Source: Thermoanaerobaculia bacterium (lineage in GTDB: Bacteria > Acidobacteriota > Thermoanaerobaculia > Multivoradales > UBA5704). Taken from it: a stretch of 64,000 nt of DNA. Below, one piece after another: positions 49,336-60,044 of the stretch. The translations under genes were made by a program, and so were the position numbers. Location of the stretch: contig JBGAGQ010000001.1 in NCBI GenBank assembly GCA_044226625.1, positions 96,001-160,000 of the forward strand, written 5' to 3'. The number at the start of each line of letters is the position of its first letter. Within the stretch, counting starts at the first letter, position 1. The notes under the pieces are model-generated. The model made no database searches and had not been told where the DNA came from. It worked only from the letters and a program-made list of their open reading frames with translations.

Positions 49336-51276
49336 TCAGCTCGGAACGAGAGCGGGGGCCGCTTCGGCCACCCGATCGAGCCGGATCGCCGTCGCCTTGA
49401 ACTCCGCCGTCCCCGAGCGGGGATCGACCGCGTCTACGGTCAGGTCGTTGGTCGCCATCTGATCCGGAAAGTGAAGGGTCATGAACGCCAGGCCCGGGCG
49501 CAAGCCGAGATCGAACCGGACCGGTGCGAGGACCGAGCCGCGCCGCGAGCTGACCTTCACGGTCTCGCCTTCGGCCACGCCCCAACGCGCACCGTCCTCC
49601 GGCGCGAGGTCGATCGTGGGACCGCTCCGGCGCGGGTAGCGGTAGGCGCCGGTCTGGACGCCGGTGTTGTAGGAGTCGAGGTGCCGGCCCGTGGTCAGGC
49701 GGAGCGGGAAGATCTCGTCCAGCGGATCGACCGGATCGACCTGCTCGACGCACGAGAACGGCGCCCTGGGCCCGAGCACCGGACGCTGCCAGAGGCGCGA
49801 GTGCAGAAACAGCTCGCCCGGATGGCTCTCGTCGTAGCAGGGCCACGGAATGCCGCCCATCGCCTCCAAGCGCGGATAGGTCATGCCGGCGTGGATCGGC
49901 GACAGCGACCGGAGCTCGTCCCAGACCTTCTCGGCCGACGCCTCGCCCCAGTCGTGCCCGAGGCGCCGCGCGAGGTCGAACAGCACGTCGAGATCGTCGC
50001 GAACGCCGGGCGGCGGGGCGACCGCGCGCCGGACCCGCTGGACCTTGCGCTCGCTGCTGGTGACCGTCCCTTCGGACTCGCACCAGCCGGCGGCGGCGGG
50101 CAGGATCACGTCGGCGACCTCGGCGGTCTTGGTGAACAGGATGTCCTGGACCACCAGCAGTTCGAGGCCGGACAGGAGTTTGAGCGCCCGGTGCCGGTCG
50201 GCCTCGGAGTCGGCGGGGTTTTCGCCGATCACGTAGAGCGTCGTGAGGTCGCCGTGCTCCATCGCCTCGAACATCTGCGAGAGATGCCAGCCGCGCTTCG
50301 GCGGGATCGCAACGCCCCAGGCAGCCTCGAACTTCGCGCGCAGCGCGTCGTTTTCGACGTGCTGGATTCCGGGCAGACGGTCCGGCAGGGCTCCCATGTC
50401 GCCGCCGCCCTGGACGTTGTTCTGCCCGCGCAGCGGATTCAAGCCCGAGCCGTAGCGCCCGACGTGGCCGCAGAGCAGGGCGAGGTTGATCAGCGAGACC
50501 ACGTTGTCGACGCCGTGATGGTGCTCGGTGATGCCGAGCGTCCAGCAGAGCTCCGCCGTCTTCGCCTTCGCGTAGGTCTCGGCCACCTTGGTGATCAGCG
50601 CGGCCGGCACGCCGGTGGTCCGCTCCGCATACTCCAGGGTGTAGCGCTCGACGTGCGCCCGGTAGGCCTCGAAGTCGCTCGTGGCGTTCTCGACGAACTC
50701 CCGATCGTGCCAACCGTTGGCGATGACCTCACGGCCGATCGCGTTGGCGAGCGCGATGTCGGTGCCGACGTCGATCCCGAGCCAGAGGTCCGCCCACTGA
50801 GCGGAAGTGGTCCGGCGCGGATCGACGACGATCAGCTTCGCTCCCTTGTGGAGCGCCTTCAGGACGTGGTGGAAGAAGATCGGATGCGTTTCACGGGCAT
50901 TGCTGCCCCAGAGGATGACGAGATCCGTGTCCTCCACCTCGCGGTAGGAACTGGTGCTGCCCCCTGCTCCGAAGACCGTCGCCAGACCGACGACGCTAGG
51001 AGCGTGTCACGTTCGGTTGCAGCTATCGATGTTGTTGCTGCCCATCACCACGCGGGTGAACTTCTGCGCCGTGAAGTTCATCTCGTTCGTCGTCTTCGAG
51101 CAGGAGAACAACCCGAACGGCGAGCGCTCCGCGGTCTTCCCCTTTTCGATCGCGCGAGCGAACCCCGCGGCGACCCGATCGAGAGCCTCGTCCCAGGAGG
51201 CTTCGCGAAGGGTGCCCCCCTTTCCTCCCTCGCGGACGAACGGGGTCAGGAGTCGAGAGTTGCGCTTCGGCAGCAT
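49336..51276 (-). CDS. fdhF: Selenocysteine-containing formate dehydrogenase catalytic subunit (Mo/W-bisPGD)
   Basis: ORFs 51007-51591 and 49336-50937 are in frame across TGA 51007-51009, reading IDSCNRT-U-HAPSVVGL; PLRGQNNVQG motif; SECIS present. Confidence 0.92.
50966..51006 (-). promoter_or_regulatory. Bacterial SECIS element
   Basis: Upper stem CGUCGUC-GGUCU-GGCGACG begins 11 nt after the UGA; lower stem GCUCC/GGAGC; resembles the E. coli fdhF SECIS. Confidence 0.85.
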
Positions 51277-51476
51277 GGCGGCACCTCGGATCTTGGGTCG
51301 TTGCCCCGGATTCGGATCGGATCGGCGGCGGAGCACCGCCCGGTCTTGGGGTCGGGGAAGTCTACACCGGGGTCCCGCGGGGCGGCGCGGGACGAGGCGA
51401 AGAAACCCATCCCTTTCCACATCGTAAGAAGAGAGAAGATTCGATCGGCCGCCGGATGGCCAGGAGGACGTCGAAG

Positions 51477-53273
51477 ATGCACATCCCGACGAGGAAAGAT
51501 TCGCTTCCGATCCTTGGTTCGCTCTTGCTCGCCGCGGCCGTCGGTGCCGCGCCTCCGGTCTCGGCCGAGACCGCACCGAAAAGCGCCCCAACGAAATCCG
51601 CGCCGAGCCTCGAGCTCACGCCCTGCACGATCGAAGGGGTGTCGATCCCCGTCCGTTGCGGCCGATACGAGGTGTTCGAGCACCGCGAAGCGAAGAGCGG
51701 GCGGAAGATCGCGCTCAAGGTTGTCGTGCTCCCGGCGACCGGGCCGAATCCCGCACCCGATCCGATCGTCTTCTTCGCCGGCGGCCCGGGCGAGGGGGTG
51801 ACCGACTACGCGCCGGGGGTCGCAAGGAGCGGGATGGTCAAGAAGCGCGACGTCGTCCTGGTCGACGTGCGCGGTACCGGCGGCTCGAATCCCCTCACCT
51901 GCCCGTACCAGACCGACGGCTCCCGCCAGCTCGACCTGCTCGAAGAATTCCTGCCGCTCGAAGGGGTCAAGGCCTGCCGCGCAAAGCTCGAAACGTCGAA
52001 CGATCTTTCGACTTACGTGACTCCGGTTCTGGTCGACGACGTCCACGAGGTGGTCACCGCCCTGGGCTACGACAAGGTCAACCTGTCGGGCGGCTCTTAC
52101 GGCACGTATGCAAGCCAGGCTTACATGCGGCGACATCCCGAAGGGGTCCGGACCGCGATCCTCGAAGGGGTGGTGGCGTTCGACACGCGGCTACCGCTCG
52201 AAGTCGCGCGCAACGCGCAGGCGGCGCTCGACGGCCTCCTCGCCGAGTGCGCCGCCGAAGCGCCCTGCGCCGCCGCCTTCCCCGACCTCGCGGGAGACTT
52301 GCGCACGGTGCTCACGCGCATCAAGGAAAAGCCCGGGCGGGCGACGGTCGTCGATCCCAAGACCGGCAAGGACACCGAGCGCGAGCTCTCCTGGGCGGTC
52401 GTGATCCAGACCCTCCGCTACATGAGCTATTCCTCGGCGAGCGCACAGGAGATCCCGCTCGCGATCCATCTCGCGGCCCACGGCGACTGGTCGATCTTCG
52501 CCCGCAACGCCACGGTGTACGGCGGCGCCCTCGGCGGCATGCCCGACGGCCTCTATCTCTCCGTCACCTGCCCCGAGGACGTGGCGCGCATCCGCGACGA
52601 GGACGTAGCCGCCGCCGTCGCCGGCACTTACCTCGGCGACTACCGGATCCGCCAGCAACGCGGGGCCTGCGCCCTCTGGCCCAAGACGAAGCTGGCCGCA
52701 GACTTCTGGGAGCCGCTCCACTCCTCGATCCCAACGCTCGTGATCAACGGCGAGCGCGATCCGGTAACTCCGGTCAAGGACGCAGTCCTGGTGGCGAAGG
52801 GGTTGTCCAACAGCCGCACGATCATCGTGCCGGACGGCGCCCACGGCTCGGACGGCCTGGAGGGCCTCGATTGCCTCGACGAGATCCAGGGACGGTTCGT
52901 CGATCAGGCGGGCTTCGACGGTCTCGACATCGAGGGGTGCCTCGCTAAGATCCGGCGTCCCCCCTTCCCCACCGCGCCTCCCGCCAAGGCGATCGAGCTG
53001 TCGGCAGAAGAGAAGGAACGCTACGTCGGCACCTACGCAGCGACCGAGCCGCCGCTCGAAATGAAGGTCCGGCTCGACAACGGGCTCCTGTTCGCCGACT
53101 CACCGCTCTCCCCGAACCTCCGCATCTCTCCGCTCTCTCCGAGCGAGTTTCGCATCGACGGCGCGCCGTTCGGGTACGGCTTGCGGTTCGAGATCGCGGC
53201 GGACGGCCCCGCGGCGGCGCTGATCCTGGTCGAGCCGGGACCGAAGGAGACCCGGCTCGCCCGGAAGCCTTAG
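51477..53273 (+). CDS. Secreted alpha/beta hydrolase (TAP-like peptidase) with extra C-terminal domain
   Basis: Signal peptide; GGPG, DVRGTG, GGSYG nucleophile, DPVTP and GAHG motifs. Confidence 0.9.
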   Translation: MHIPTRKDSLPILGSLLLAAAVGAAPPVSAETAPKSAPTKSAPSLELTPCTIEGVSIPVRCGRYEVFEHREAKSGRKIALKVVVLPATGPNPAPDPIVFFAGGPGEGVTDYAPGVARSGMVKKRDVVLVDVRGTGGSNPLTCPYQTDGSRQLDLLEEFLPLEGVKACRAKLETSNDLSTYVTPVLVDDVHEVVTALGYDKVNLSGGSYGTYASQAYMRRHPEGVRTAILEGVVAFDTRLPLEVARNAQAALDGLLAECAAEAPCAAAFPDLAGDLRTVLTRIKEKPGRATVVDPKTGKDTERELSWAVVIQTLRYMSYSSASAQEIPLAIHLAAHGDWSIFARNATVYGGALGGMPDGLYLSVTCPEDVARIRDEDVAAAVAGTYLGDYRIRQQRGACALWPKTKLAADFWEPLHSSIPTLVINGERDPVTPVKDAVLVAKGLSNSRTIIVPDGAHGSDGLEGLDCLDEIQGRFVDQAGFDGLDIEGCLAKIRRPPFPTAPPAKAIELSAEEKERYVGTYAATEPPLEMKVRLDNGLLFADSPLSPNLRISPLSPSEFRIDGAPFGYGLRFEIAADGPAAALILVEPGPKETRLARKP

Positions 53274-53275
53274 CG

Positions 53276-53400
53276 GGCTGCTGAAAAACTCCATCGTCGC
53301 AAGAGATTCCCTGCGGGCGCCCCTCGTAACTCGCTGAGCTCAGACAGACTCGGGGTCGTCCTCTGGAACTTTGCGAAGTAGAGAGAGTTTTTCAGCAGCC
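53276..53400. mobile_element. ~125-bp MITE-like element with 16-bp perfect terminal inverted repeats
   Basis: GGCTGCTGAAAAACTC ... GAGTTTTTCAGCAGCC; no ORF; lower GC than flanks; related copy at 62881-63003. Confidence 0.8.
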
Positions 53401-53515
53401 TAGGGGACCGGACATCGTTCGGACGAGCACCTCGACCCTCGTGGCCCGCGCCTCTCCCCGGAGAGGCGCGGGCGTGTTCTGATCTGAAGGCTTCGCCCAC
53501 CGATTCGCTCAGGAG

Positions 53516-55960
53516 GTGACCACGATGTCGACCGCGAGCTCGAGCCCCTGGATCGCCGACCTCCGTCACGCGGCGCGCGCTCTCGCGAAACGCCCCGGAT
53601 TCACCCTCATGGCCGTCGCGACGCTCGCCCTCGCGATCGGGGCGAACGCCGGGATGTTCGGCGTCATCCACACGGTCCTGCTCGATCCGCTGCCGTACGC
53701 AAACGCCGACCGGCTGGTCGAGATCGCCGGCACCGCGCCGGGCTCCGATTTCCCGGCGGAGTTCGCGGTGGCGCCCGAGTTCTACCTCGAATACCGCGAG
53801 CGCTCGAAGCTGCTCGAAGACGTCGCGATCTACAACTCGTTCACCTCGACCCTCCGGGTCGGCGACCGGGTCGAGCGCATCCGCATGTCGGCCCCGACCA
53901 ACTCGCTCTACTCGACGCTCGGCGCCCGCCCGCGCCTCGGCCGGTTGCCCGTCCCCGCCGATGAGTCGCACACGGTGGTGATCGGCGACGAGCTCTGGCG
54001 AACCTGGTTCGGCGCCGACCCGGCGGTGGTCGGCAAGACCTTCGACGTTTCGGGCGAGCGGCGCCAGGTAATTGGCGTCATGGGCCCGGAGTTCAAGTTC
54101 CCCAACGACGGCACCCTGCTCTGGATCTCGCGGGAGCTCCGCGCGAGCGAGATCGAGCCCGGCAACTTCGGCTCTCGACTGGTCGGGCGGATCGCCCCCG
54201 GCGCCTCGCTGGACGCGGTGGCGAACGAGCTGACCACGATCGCCCGCGATCTCCCAGAGCGCTTCGGCGGACCAGCGACCTACGAGCGCCTGATCGGCCA
54301 GCACCGCGCGCTGGTCCGGCCGCTCCTCGACGAGATGCTCGGACCGGCGGCGAAATCGCTCTGGGTGCTCGTGGTCGCCGTGGTCCTCGTGCTGCTGATC
54401 GCCTGCGCGAACGTCACGAACCTCTTCATGGTGCGCGCGGAAGGGCGCCTGCGCGACCTCGCGATCCGGCGCGCCGTAGGCGCATCGCGGGGGCAGGTGA
54501 TCCGCGTCCAGCTCGCCGAAACGCTGGTGGTGGCGGCGCTCGCCGGAGTCTTCGCCGCGCTGCTCGCCGGCCTAGCGCTGCCGATCTTCCTGCGCATGGC
54601 GCCACGCATTCCGCGGCTCGACGAGGTCCATGTGGACGGCGCGACCCTCGCCTTCACGGCCGTCGCGGCCCTGCTCTCGGGCCTCGCGTGCGGACTGATC
54701 CCCGCATGGCGCGCCTCCGGCCAGGATCCGCTCGGCCGCCTGCGGGAAGGTGGGCGGAGCGCGACCCCCGGCCGTCGTCTGCTCAGAGACGGGTTGGTCG
54801 TCGGGCAGACCGCCCTCGCTCTCTTCCTGCTGATCGGCTCGGGACTCCTGGTACGCAGCTTCCACGCGCTCCGCGACGTCGACCCCGGCTACGACACGCG
54901 CGACGTGTTCACCTTCCAGTTCGCCCCCGAGCAGGAGAATCTCCACGACGGCCCCTCGTGGGCGCGTTTCCATCTCGCGTTCCTCGACCGGCTGGCCGCC
55001 GTGCCCGGGATCCAGTCGGTCGGCCTGGTCGAGAACGTTCCGCTCAACGAGGGAACGAACGACGACCGCTTCCGGAGCGAGGAGATGGCGGCCGATCCGG
55101 ACGCCGGGCCGCTCCTCCATTACACCTGGAGCGCCGGGAGCTACTTCCGCACGATGGGCATCTCCGTGCTCGAAGGGCGGACGCTCACGGCCGACGATCA
55201 GCTGGGCGGCGGCGCAGTCAACGTGGTGATCAGCCGCTCCGCCGCGCGTCTGCTCTGGCCGGGCAAGAGCGCCCTCGGCCGCCGGCTCCAGCCGCACAGC
55301 GAGCCGGAGGCCTGGTTCACCGTGGTGGGCGTGGTCGACGACGTGCTGCAGGACGACTTCCGTGACGCGCCAGAGGCGCTGGTCTACTTGCCGCTCGCGG
55401 GTCCGAAACCCGACAGCTGGCAGGTCACCTCTCCCGCCTACGTGCTCAAGACCGCGCGCGCCGAGGTGATCGCCCCGGAGATCCGCGAGCTGGTCCGCGC
55501 GGTCGCGCCGGAGGCGCCGATGTACCGGGTCTACACGATGGCGGGGCTCGCCGCCGATTCGATGACGAACCTCTCGTTCACCATGCTCACGCTCGGCGTG
55601 CTCTCCGGGCTCGCCCTGCTGCTCGGCGCGATCGGACTCTACGGCGTCCTCTCGTACGCGGTCGCAGAGCGAAAGCGAGAGATCGGCGTCCGCATGGCGC
55701 TCGGCGCCACGGCCGGTGCGGTGCGCCGGATGGTGATCGCCCAAGGCGCCGGAGTCGTCGGTCTCGGGCTCCTGATCGGCCTCGCGGCCTCGCTCGCTTC
55801 GTCCCGGGTGGTCGCGAGCCTGCTCTACGGCGTCAAGGCGTCGGACCCGGCGACCTTCGCCGCCATGTCCCTGCTGATGGCGGCCGTCGGCGTCTTCGCC
55901 TGCTACCTACCGGCGCAACGGGCATCGAACGTCGATCCGCTGGAGGCGCTGCGCGACTGA
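53516..55960 (+). CDS. Duplicated MacB/FtsX-type ABC permease (ADOP family)
   Basis: DLRHAARAL..RPGF, TLALAIGAN, LIACANVTNL and EIGVRMALGA motifs. Confidence 0.92.
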   Translation: MTTMSTASSSPWIADLRHAARALAKRPGFTLMAVATLALAIGANAGMFGVIHTVLLDPLPYANADRLVEIAGTAPGSDFPAEFAVAPEFYLEYRERSKLLEDVAIYNSFTSTLRVGDRVERIRMSAPTNSLYSTLGARPRLGRLPVPADESHTVVIGDELWRTWFGADPAVVGKTFDVSGERRQVIGVMGPEFKFPNDGTLLWISRELRASEIEPGNFGSRLVGRIAPGASLDAVANELTTIARDLPERFGGPATYERLIGQHRALVRPLLDEMLGPAAKSLWVLVVAVVLVLLIACANVTNLFMVRAEGRLRDLAIRRAVGASRGQVIRVQLAETLVVAALAGVFAALLAGLALPIFLRMAPRIPRLDEVHVDGATLAFTAVAALLSGLACGLIPAWRASGQDPLGRLREGGRSATPGRRLLRDGLVVGQTALALFLLIGSGLLVRSFHALRDVDPGYDTRDVFTFQFAPEQENLHDGPSWARFHLAFLDRLAAVPGIQSVGLVENVPLNEGTNDDRFRSEEMAADPDAGPLLHYTWSAGSYFRTMGISVLEGRTLTADDQLGGGAVNVVISRSAARLLWPGKSALGRRLQPHSEPEAWFTVVGVVDDVLQDDFRDAPEALVYLPLAGPKPDSWQVTSPAYVLKTARAEVIAPEIRELVRAVAPEAPMYRVYTMAGLAADSMTNLSFTMLTLGVLSGLALLLGAIGLYGVLSYAVAERKREIGVRMALGATAGAVRRMVIAQGAGVVGLGLLIGLAASLASSRVVASLLYGVKASDPATFAAMSLLMAAVGVFACYLPAQRASNVDPLEALRD

Positions 55961-56000
55961 CGCATCGGAACGGCTCACGCGGATCCGGCTCGGCGCCTTC

Positions 56001-58706
56001 TCAACGGAAGGCGCCGAGCAGCGCTTCGAGCGCCGGCAGCGCCTCCGGGATCGCCTTGTCCAGCTTCTTCCGGCAATCCGAATCGAATTCCTGAGGCCCG
56101 GCCTGGAGCTCGAGGTCTCGCTCGGCATCGAAGAAGAGGGGGCAGTTGCGTGCTCCTTTCTCGTGGCTGTCGACCCGGGCGAAAAACCCCGCCAACCCGG
56201 TGACCGTGAGGTTCGCGAGCGCCCGCTCGGTCGCGCGGCCCTCCGCCGAGAGACCTTCGAAGCCGGCGAACGAGAAGACGACGACTCGGGGTTTCCCGTC
56301 CTCCGGCCACCAACCGTAGAGGTTCAGCCACTCGCTGTCGCGCATCCAGTGGCGGGTGATACAGATCAGAAGGTCCACCCGGAGCTCGCCGGGCTTCTTC
56401 TCCAATCGCTGCGCCAGCCGGTCAGCAGATAGATAGGGCGTGCCGTCCGGCGCGGGGGGATCGAGATCCCAAACGTCCAGGGGTGGCGAAAGGGTCACCA
56501 GCTCGAAGGCGAACGCGCTTTGGACGTGGTTCATGGTCTCGAGCGTCGACTCGAGAGAAGGGAAAACTCCGTCGATGTCCAGAACCGCCACGCGAGCCAT
56601 CCGGCCGCTCGTCGCCTGCCGCCTCTGCTGCCGACCAGCCCCTTCCGGGAACGGCACGAACGCCGAGGTCGCCTCGACGAGGGTCATGTGGGGATCGCGG
56701 GCATAAACCACGGGAATCGCCCAATCGATCGCCTCCCCGCCCGAGTAATTGACGGAGATGCGCGCCTCCCGCGCCGCCTGGCCCAGCGATAGACCGTGCG
56801 CGAGCGACCAATAGAAATATTGGGCGAACGAGGTGGCGGACGAATCGAGCACGCTGTATTGGTTGGCGACCAGGGCCGGAAGTCCCCGCGCCACCAGCGA
56901 CTGGGCCACCCCCTTGTTGAAGTCGGAGAGAGATCCCGTTCCGGTCTGGCAGGCGTTCAAAAACACCAGACTGACACCGCGTTGGCAGAGGATCTCCCGC
57001 ACGGAGCGCTCGGAGAGTCGCACAGCGCCGCCTCGATCGTCCTCGAAGACCAGGAACCCTTCCCGCGCCTCGTCATCGAACCCGCCGTGTCCGATGAAGT
57101 GGACGACCTGAAACTCCCCTGTCGCCAACCGGCCTTGGAGCACCGCCGGCGTCACCCGCGCTTCGACCTCGATCACCGCCAGCCCCGCCTCGACGAGGGG
57201 CGCGAAGCCGCGACCGATGACCTCCTCCTCCTGCGCGACGGACAGGCGCTCGAAGGCGACCGGCTGCGCCGAGACGACCAGGATGCGGAGCGGGCCGCCG
57301 CGCGGCGGCACCGCGTCTGCCGGCACCGCCGTGAGCACGTTGCGGACGAAATGCACCTCCTCGGTCGCGAGGAAGCTCTGCCGCGCCTGGTCGTACGCGA
57401 ACTCCCACGGCTTCTCGGCGATCCAAGGGATCATCGAGGTGAAGACGAAGTCGAGGCGGCCCGTCGCCTGCCGCGTCCGCGCCACGTCGTAGAGACGTCG
57501 CACGTCGCCCTGGAAAAGGGTGTCGAAAAGCCTCCGGCCGAAGGCGAGCAGCTCCTCGTCGGTGGGGAGCGATCCGCGCTGCCGGTTGGTGTACCCCTTG
57601 AGGCGCTCGTGCAGCGCGATGATCTTGCCGAACTCGGTGGACTCTTCGTCCTCCTCCTTGCGCAGGCGCAACGAAGCGGTGACCCTCGCGCCGCAGAAGC
57701 TCGCGAACAGGCGGGCGAAACGTCGATCCAAGCTGCCCTGTCCCGTGTCACCGTCGAAATCGTCCAGCACCACCAGATGGAACGCCTCGTGATCGGAAGC
57801 GCGGGCGGGCGCTCGTCCGGGGGCCGCCAGAACCTGGGCCCGTTCGGAGGCGGTACCCGCCGCGAGCGACGCGAGCGGAAGGGCTGGCGCCTGCTGGGGA
57901 GCGGCCGGCTTGAGCGCGCCCGCCTTCGGGTAGACCTTCGCCGCGAAGGCGAAATCCTTTTCGTTGATGTCCGTGCCGCCAACGATCGGTTCGCCGTCTT
58001 TGGTGATCTCTCCGGGGATCTGATAGCACATGATCGAGGTCGGGTCGGCTTCGGTCGTGCCGAAGATCGATTTCGCGGCAAGCGGCGTGAGCACCTGCTG
58101 GATCGTCTCCTCGCGGGTCCAACCCTGGTCCCGATCGTAGAACGCGATCGCCTTCTTTCGATCGATCCGCCGCACCAGCTCCCGCCGCATGTGCTCGTGA
58201 TCGAACCCGAGCGTATGCCCCGTCTCGTGCCGCACGACGCGGCGAAACTCCGCCTCCGAGACCTTCATCGTGAACCCTTCGAGGTTCATCGTCGGCTGGG
58301 CGTCGTCGATCGCCAGGATGTCGGTCCCGATCAACGACCAATACCCCGCCGACTCCGCCGGGCTGTCGAGGCGGGCGATCCGCACCTGCCCCGTCCCCGC
58401 CGTTTCCGTGAAGCTTACGTTCGCGGTCTGATTCCAGGCGTTCATGTGCGACAGGATGCGCGTCCGGAGATCTTTCGGCGGGTTGTCCAGAAACTGGACT
58501 GTCAGCCGAACGCCTGAAGCCGGCCACCGGTTGCCGACCACCAACGCCAGGCGGCGCGGCCCTCCTCGCCTCCCCGGAGGGGTCCGCAGCACGGTATGGC
58601 TCTCGAACGCGTTCTCCGGATTGATCGAGAGCGCGTGGCGTTGCGCCCTCTCGGCTTGTTCCGGAGTCAAGACTCTCGTGCGGCAGGCGATGAAGGGCGC
58701 GGGCAT
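56001..58706 (-). CDS. Astacin-like (M12) metalloprotease fused to a CHAT caspase-like domain
   Basis: HETGHTLGFDHEH and Met-turn SIMCY; CHAT PWE, VHFIGHG and FLNACQT; no signal peptide. Confidence 0.88.
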   Translation of the reverse strand: MPAPFIACRTRVLTPEQAERAQRHALSINPENAFESHTVLRTPPGRRGGPRRLALVVGNRWPASGVRLTVQFLDNPPKDLRTRILSHMNAWNQTANVSFTETAGTGQVRIARLDSPAESAGYWSLIGTDILAIDDAQPTMNLEGFTMKVSEAEFRRVVRHETGHTLGFDHEHMRRELVRRIDRKKAIAFYDRDQGWTREETIQQVLTPLAAKSIFGTTEADPTSIMCYQIPGEITKDGEPIVGGTDINEKDFAFAAKVYPKAGALKPAAPQQAPALPLASLAAGTASERAQVLAAPGRAPARASDHEAFHLVVLDDFDGDTGQGSLDRRFARLFASFCGARVTASLRLRKEEDEESTEFGKIIALHERLKGYTNRQRGSLPTDEELLAFGRRLFDTLFQGDVRRLYDVARTRQATGRLDFVFTSMIPWIAEKPWEFAYDQARQSFLATEEVHFVRNVLTAVPADAVPPRGGPLRILVVSAQPVAFERLSVAQEEEVIGRGFAPLVEAGLAVIEVEARVTPAVLQGRLATGEFQVVHFIGHGGFDDEAREGFLVFEDDRGGAVRLSERSVREILCQRGVSLVFLNACQTGTGSLSDFNKGVAQSLVARGLPALVANQYSVLDSSATSFAQYFYWSLAHGLSLGQAAREARISVNYSGGEAIDWAIPVVYARDPHMTLVEATSAFVPFPEGAGRQQRRQATSGRMARVAVLDIDGVFPSLESTLETMNHVQSAFAFELVTLSPPLDVWDLDPPAPDGTPYLSADRLAQRLEKKPGELRVDLLICITRHWMRDSEWLNLYGWWPEDGKPRVVVFSFAGFEGLSAEGRATERALANLTVTGLAGFFARVDSHEKGARNCPLFFDAERDLELQAGPQEFDSDCRKKLDKAIPEALPALEALLGAFR

Positions 58707-59049
58707 GGGGGCTCCTCTCTCCAGGCCGTTCGATGGATCGAAGGACCGCGATCGTCGATGCCAGGATCGAACCGGGGGACGGACTCGGTTCTCGAATTTC
58801 GGACTCGTGGGTCTCGTCTAATGGAGAGAGTGCCGCCCGAGGTGCCAAGGGGCGACCGGCCGGCCAAGGGCGACCGCGACGAACCCACCGCCGCGCGTCG
58901 CCGACCTCCCGCAGGCTCCTCGGTAACCGGAATCCCCCCTCCGGCATAACCCACCCCGAGCACGGCTTCCGCGGCCCTTCGCCGCATCCATCGAAAAGCA
59001 CGACGGCGGTTTCGATTTCGGGCGCGTTCGCGCCCCTGAGGAGACTTGT

Positions 59050-59946
59050 GTGAAAAACCTGGCTCGGCTCGCCCTACGGGTTACGGCCCTGACCCTCTTA
59101 CTCGCTCCGCTCGGCGTACGCGCCGAGGAGAAGGATCTCTTCGGCGACGCGCTGGCGACCACCCGCGTGGTGGTCAACAAGACCAAGGACGGTGTGGCCC
59201 TTCAAGGCTATGACGCGGTCGCCTACCTTACCGACAACAAACCGGTGGAGGGCTCGCCCAAGCTCCGTTCACGCTACAAGGGGGCGATCTACCAGTTCGC
59301 CACGTCCGAGCACAAGATGATGTTCGACGCCGATCCGGCCAGATACGAGCCGCAGTTCGGCGGCTATTGCGGCTACGCCGCATCGATCAACCGGCTGTCG
59401 CCGATCGATCCCAAGATCTTCCAGGTGCTCGACGGCCGCCTCGTGCTCCAGCACAACCAGAAGGCGTGGAACCTGTGGAACGAAGACGTTCCGGGAAACC
59501 TCGCGAAAGCCGACGCCAACTGGCCTGGCCTGGTCGATCGCAACGGCACCGGCGGCAAGGTTCTGGTCAACGTCGACAAAGACGGCGTCGCCCTCGAAGG
59601 GCACGATCCGGTTGCCTATTTCACGGTCGGCAAGCCGGTGAAGGGCGATCCCACGATCGACGCGGTCTACAACGGCGCGCGCTATTTCTTCTCGTCCAAG
59701 GAGAACCGCGAGACCTTCGAGCGCGCCCCCGCTCACTACGCACCGCAGTTCGGCGGCTTCTGCGGGTACGCGGCGTCGATCCACAAGGTCTCACCGGTCG
59801 ACGTGAACATCTTTCAGATCATCAACGATCGCCTGGTGCTGCAACACACGCCCAAGGCCTACAACCTGTTCAACGAAGACCCGCAGACGAACCTCAAGAA
59901 GGCCGATGCGAATTGGCCGGACCTGACCGAAAAAAACGGTCACTGA
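59050..59946 (+). CDS. Secreted protein with two tandem YHS-like (seleno)protein domains
   Basis: Signal peptide; repeated G(Y/H)D.VAY...P..G...Y.F....F...P..Y.PQFGG(Y/F)CGYAAS...KADANWP. Confidence 0.85.
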   Translation: MKNLARLALRVTALTLLLAPLGVRAEEKDLFGDALATTRVVVNKTKDGVALQGYDAVAYLTDNKPVEGSPKLRSRYKGAIYQFATSEHKMMFDADPARYEPQFGGYCGYAASINRLSPIDPKIFQVLDGRLVLQHNQKAWNLWNEDVPGNLAKADANWPGLVDRNGTGGKVLVNVDKDGVALEGHDPVAYFTVGKPVKGDPTIDAVYNGARYFFSSKENRETFERAPAHYAPQFGGFCGYAASIHKVSPVDVNIFQIINDRLVLQHTPKAYNLFNEDPQTNLKKADANWPDLTEKNGH

Positions 59947-60044
59947 AACACCGGCCCTGACCATTCGAAAGGGAGCGGAGGCACGCTCCGCCCCTACCTC
60001 TTTAGCCATCCGCTTTTCTGAACACCATTCGAGGAGAAGATCCC

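Noticed and set aside
59955-60000. c-di-GMP-I riboswitch, from a CCATTCGAAAG similarity
   Set aside because: The flanking GGCAAACC and GACGCAAAGC elements are absent. The region is better explained by a simple GC hairpin after the YHS gene.
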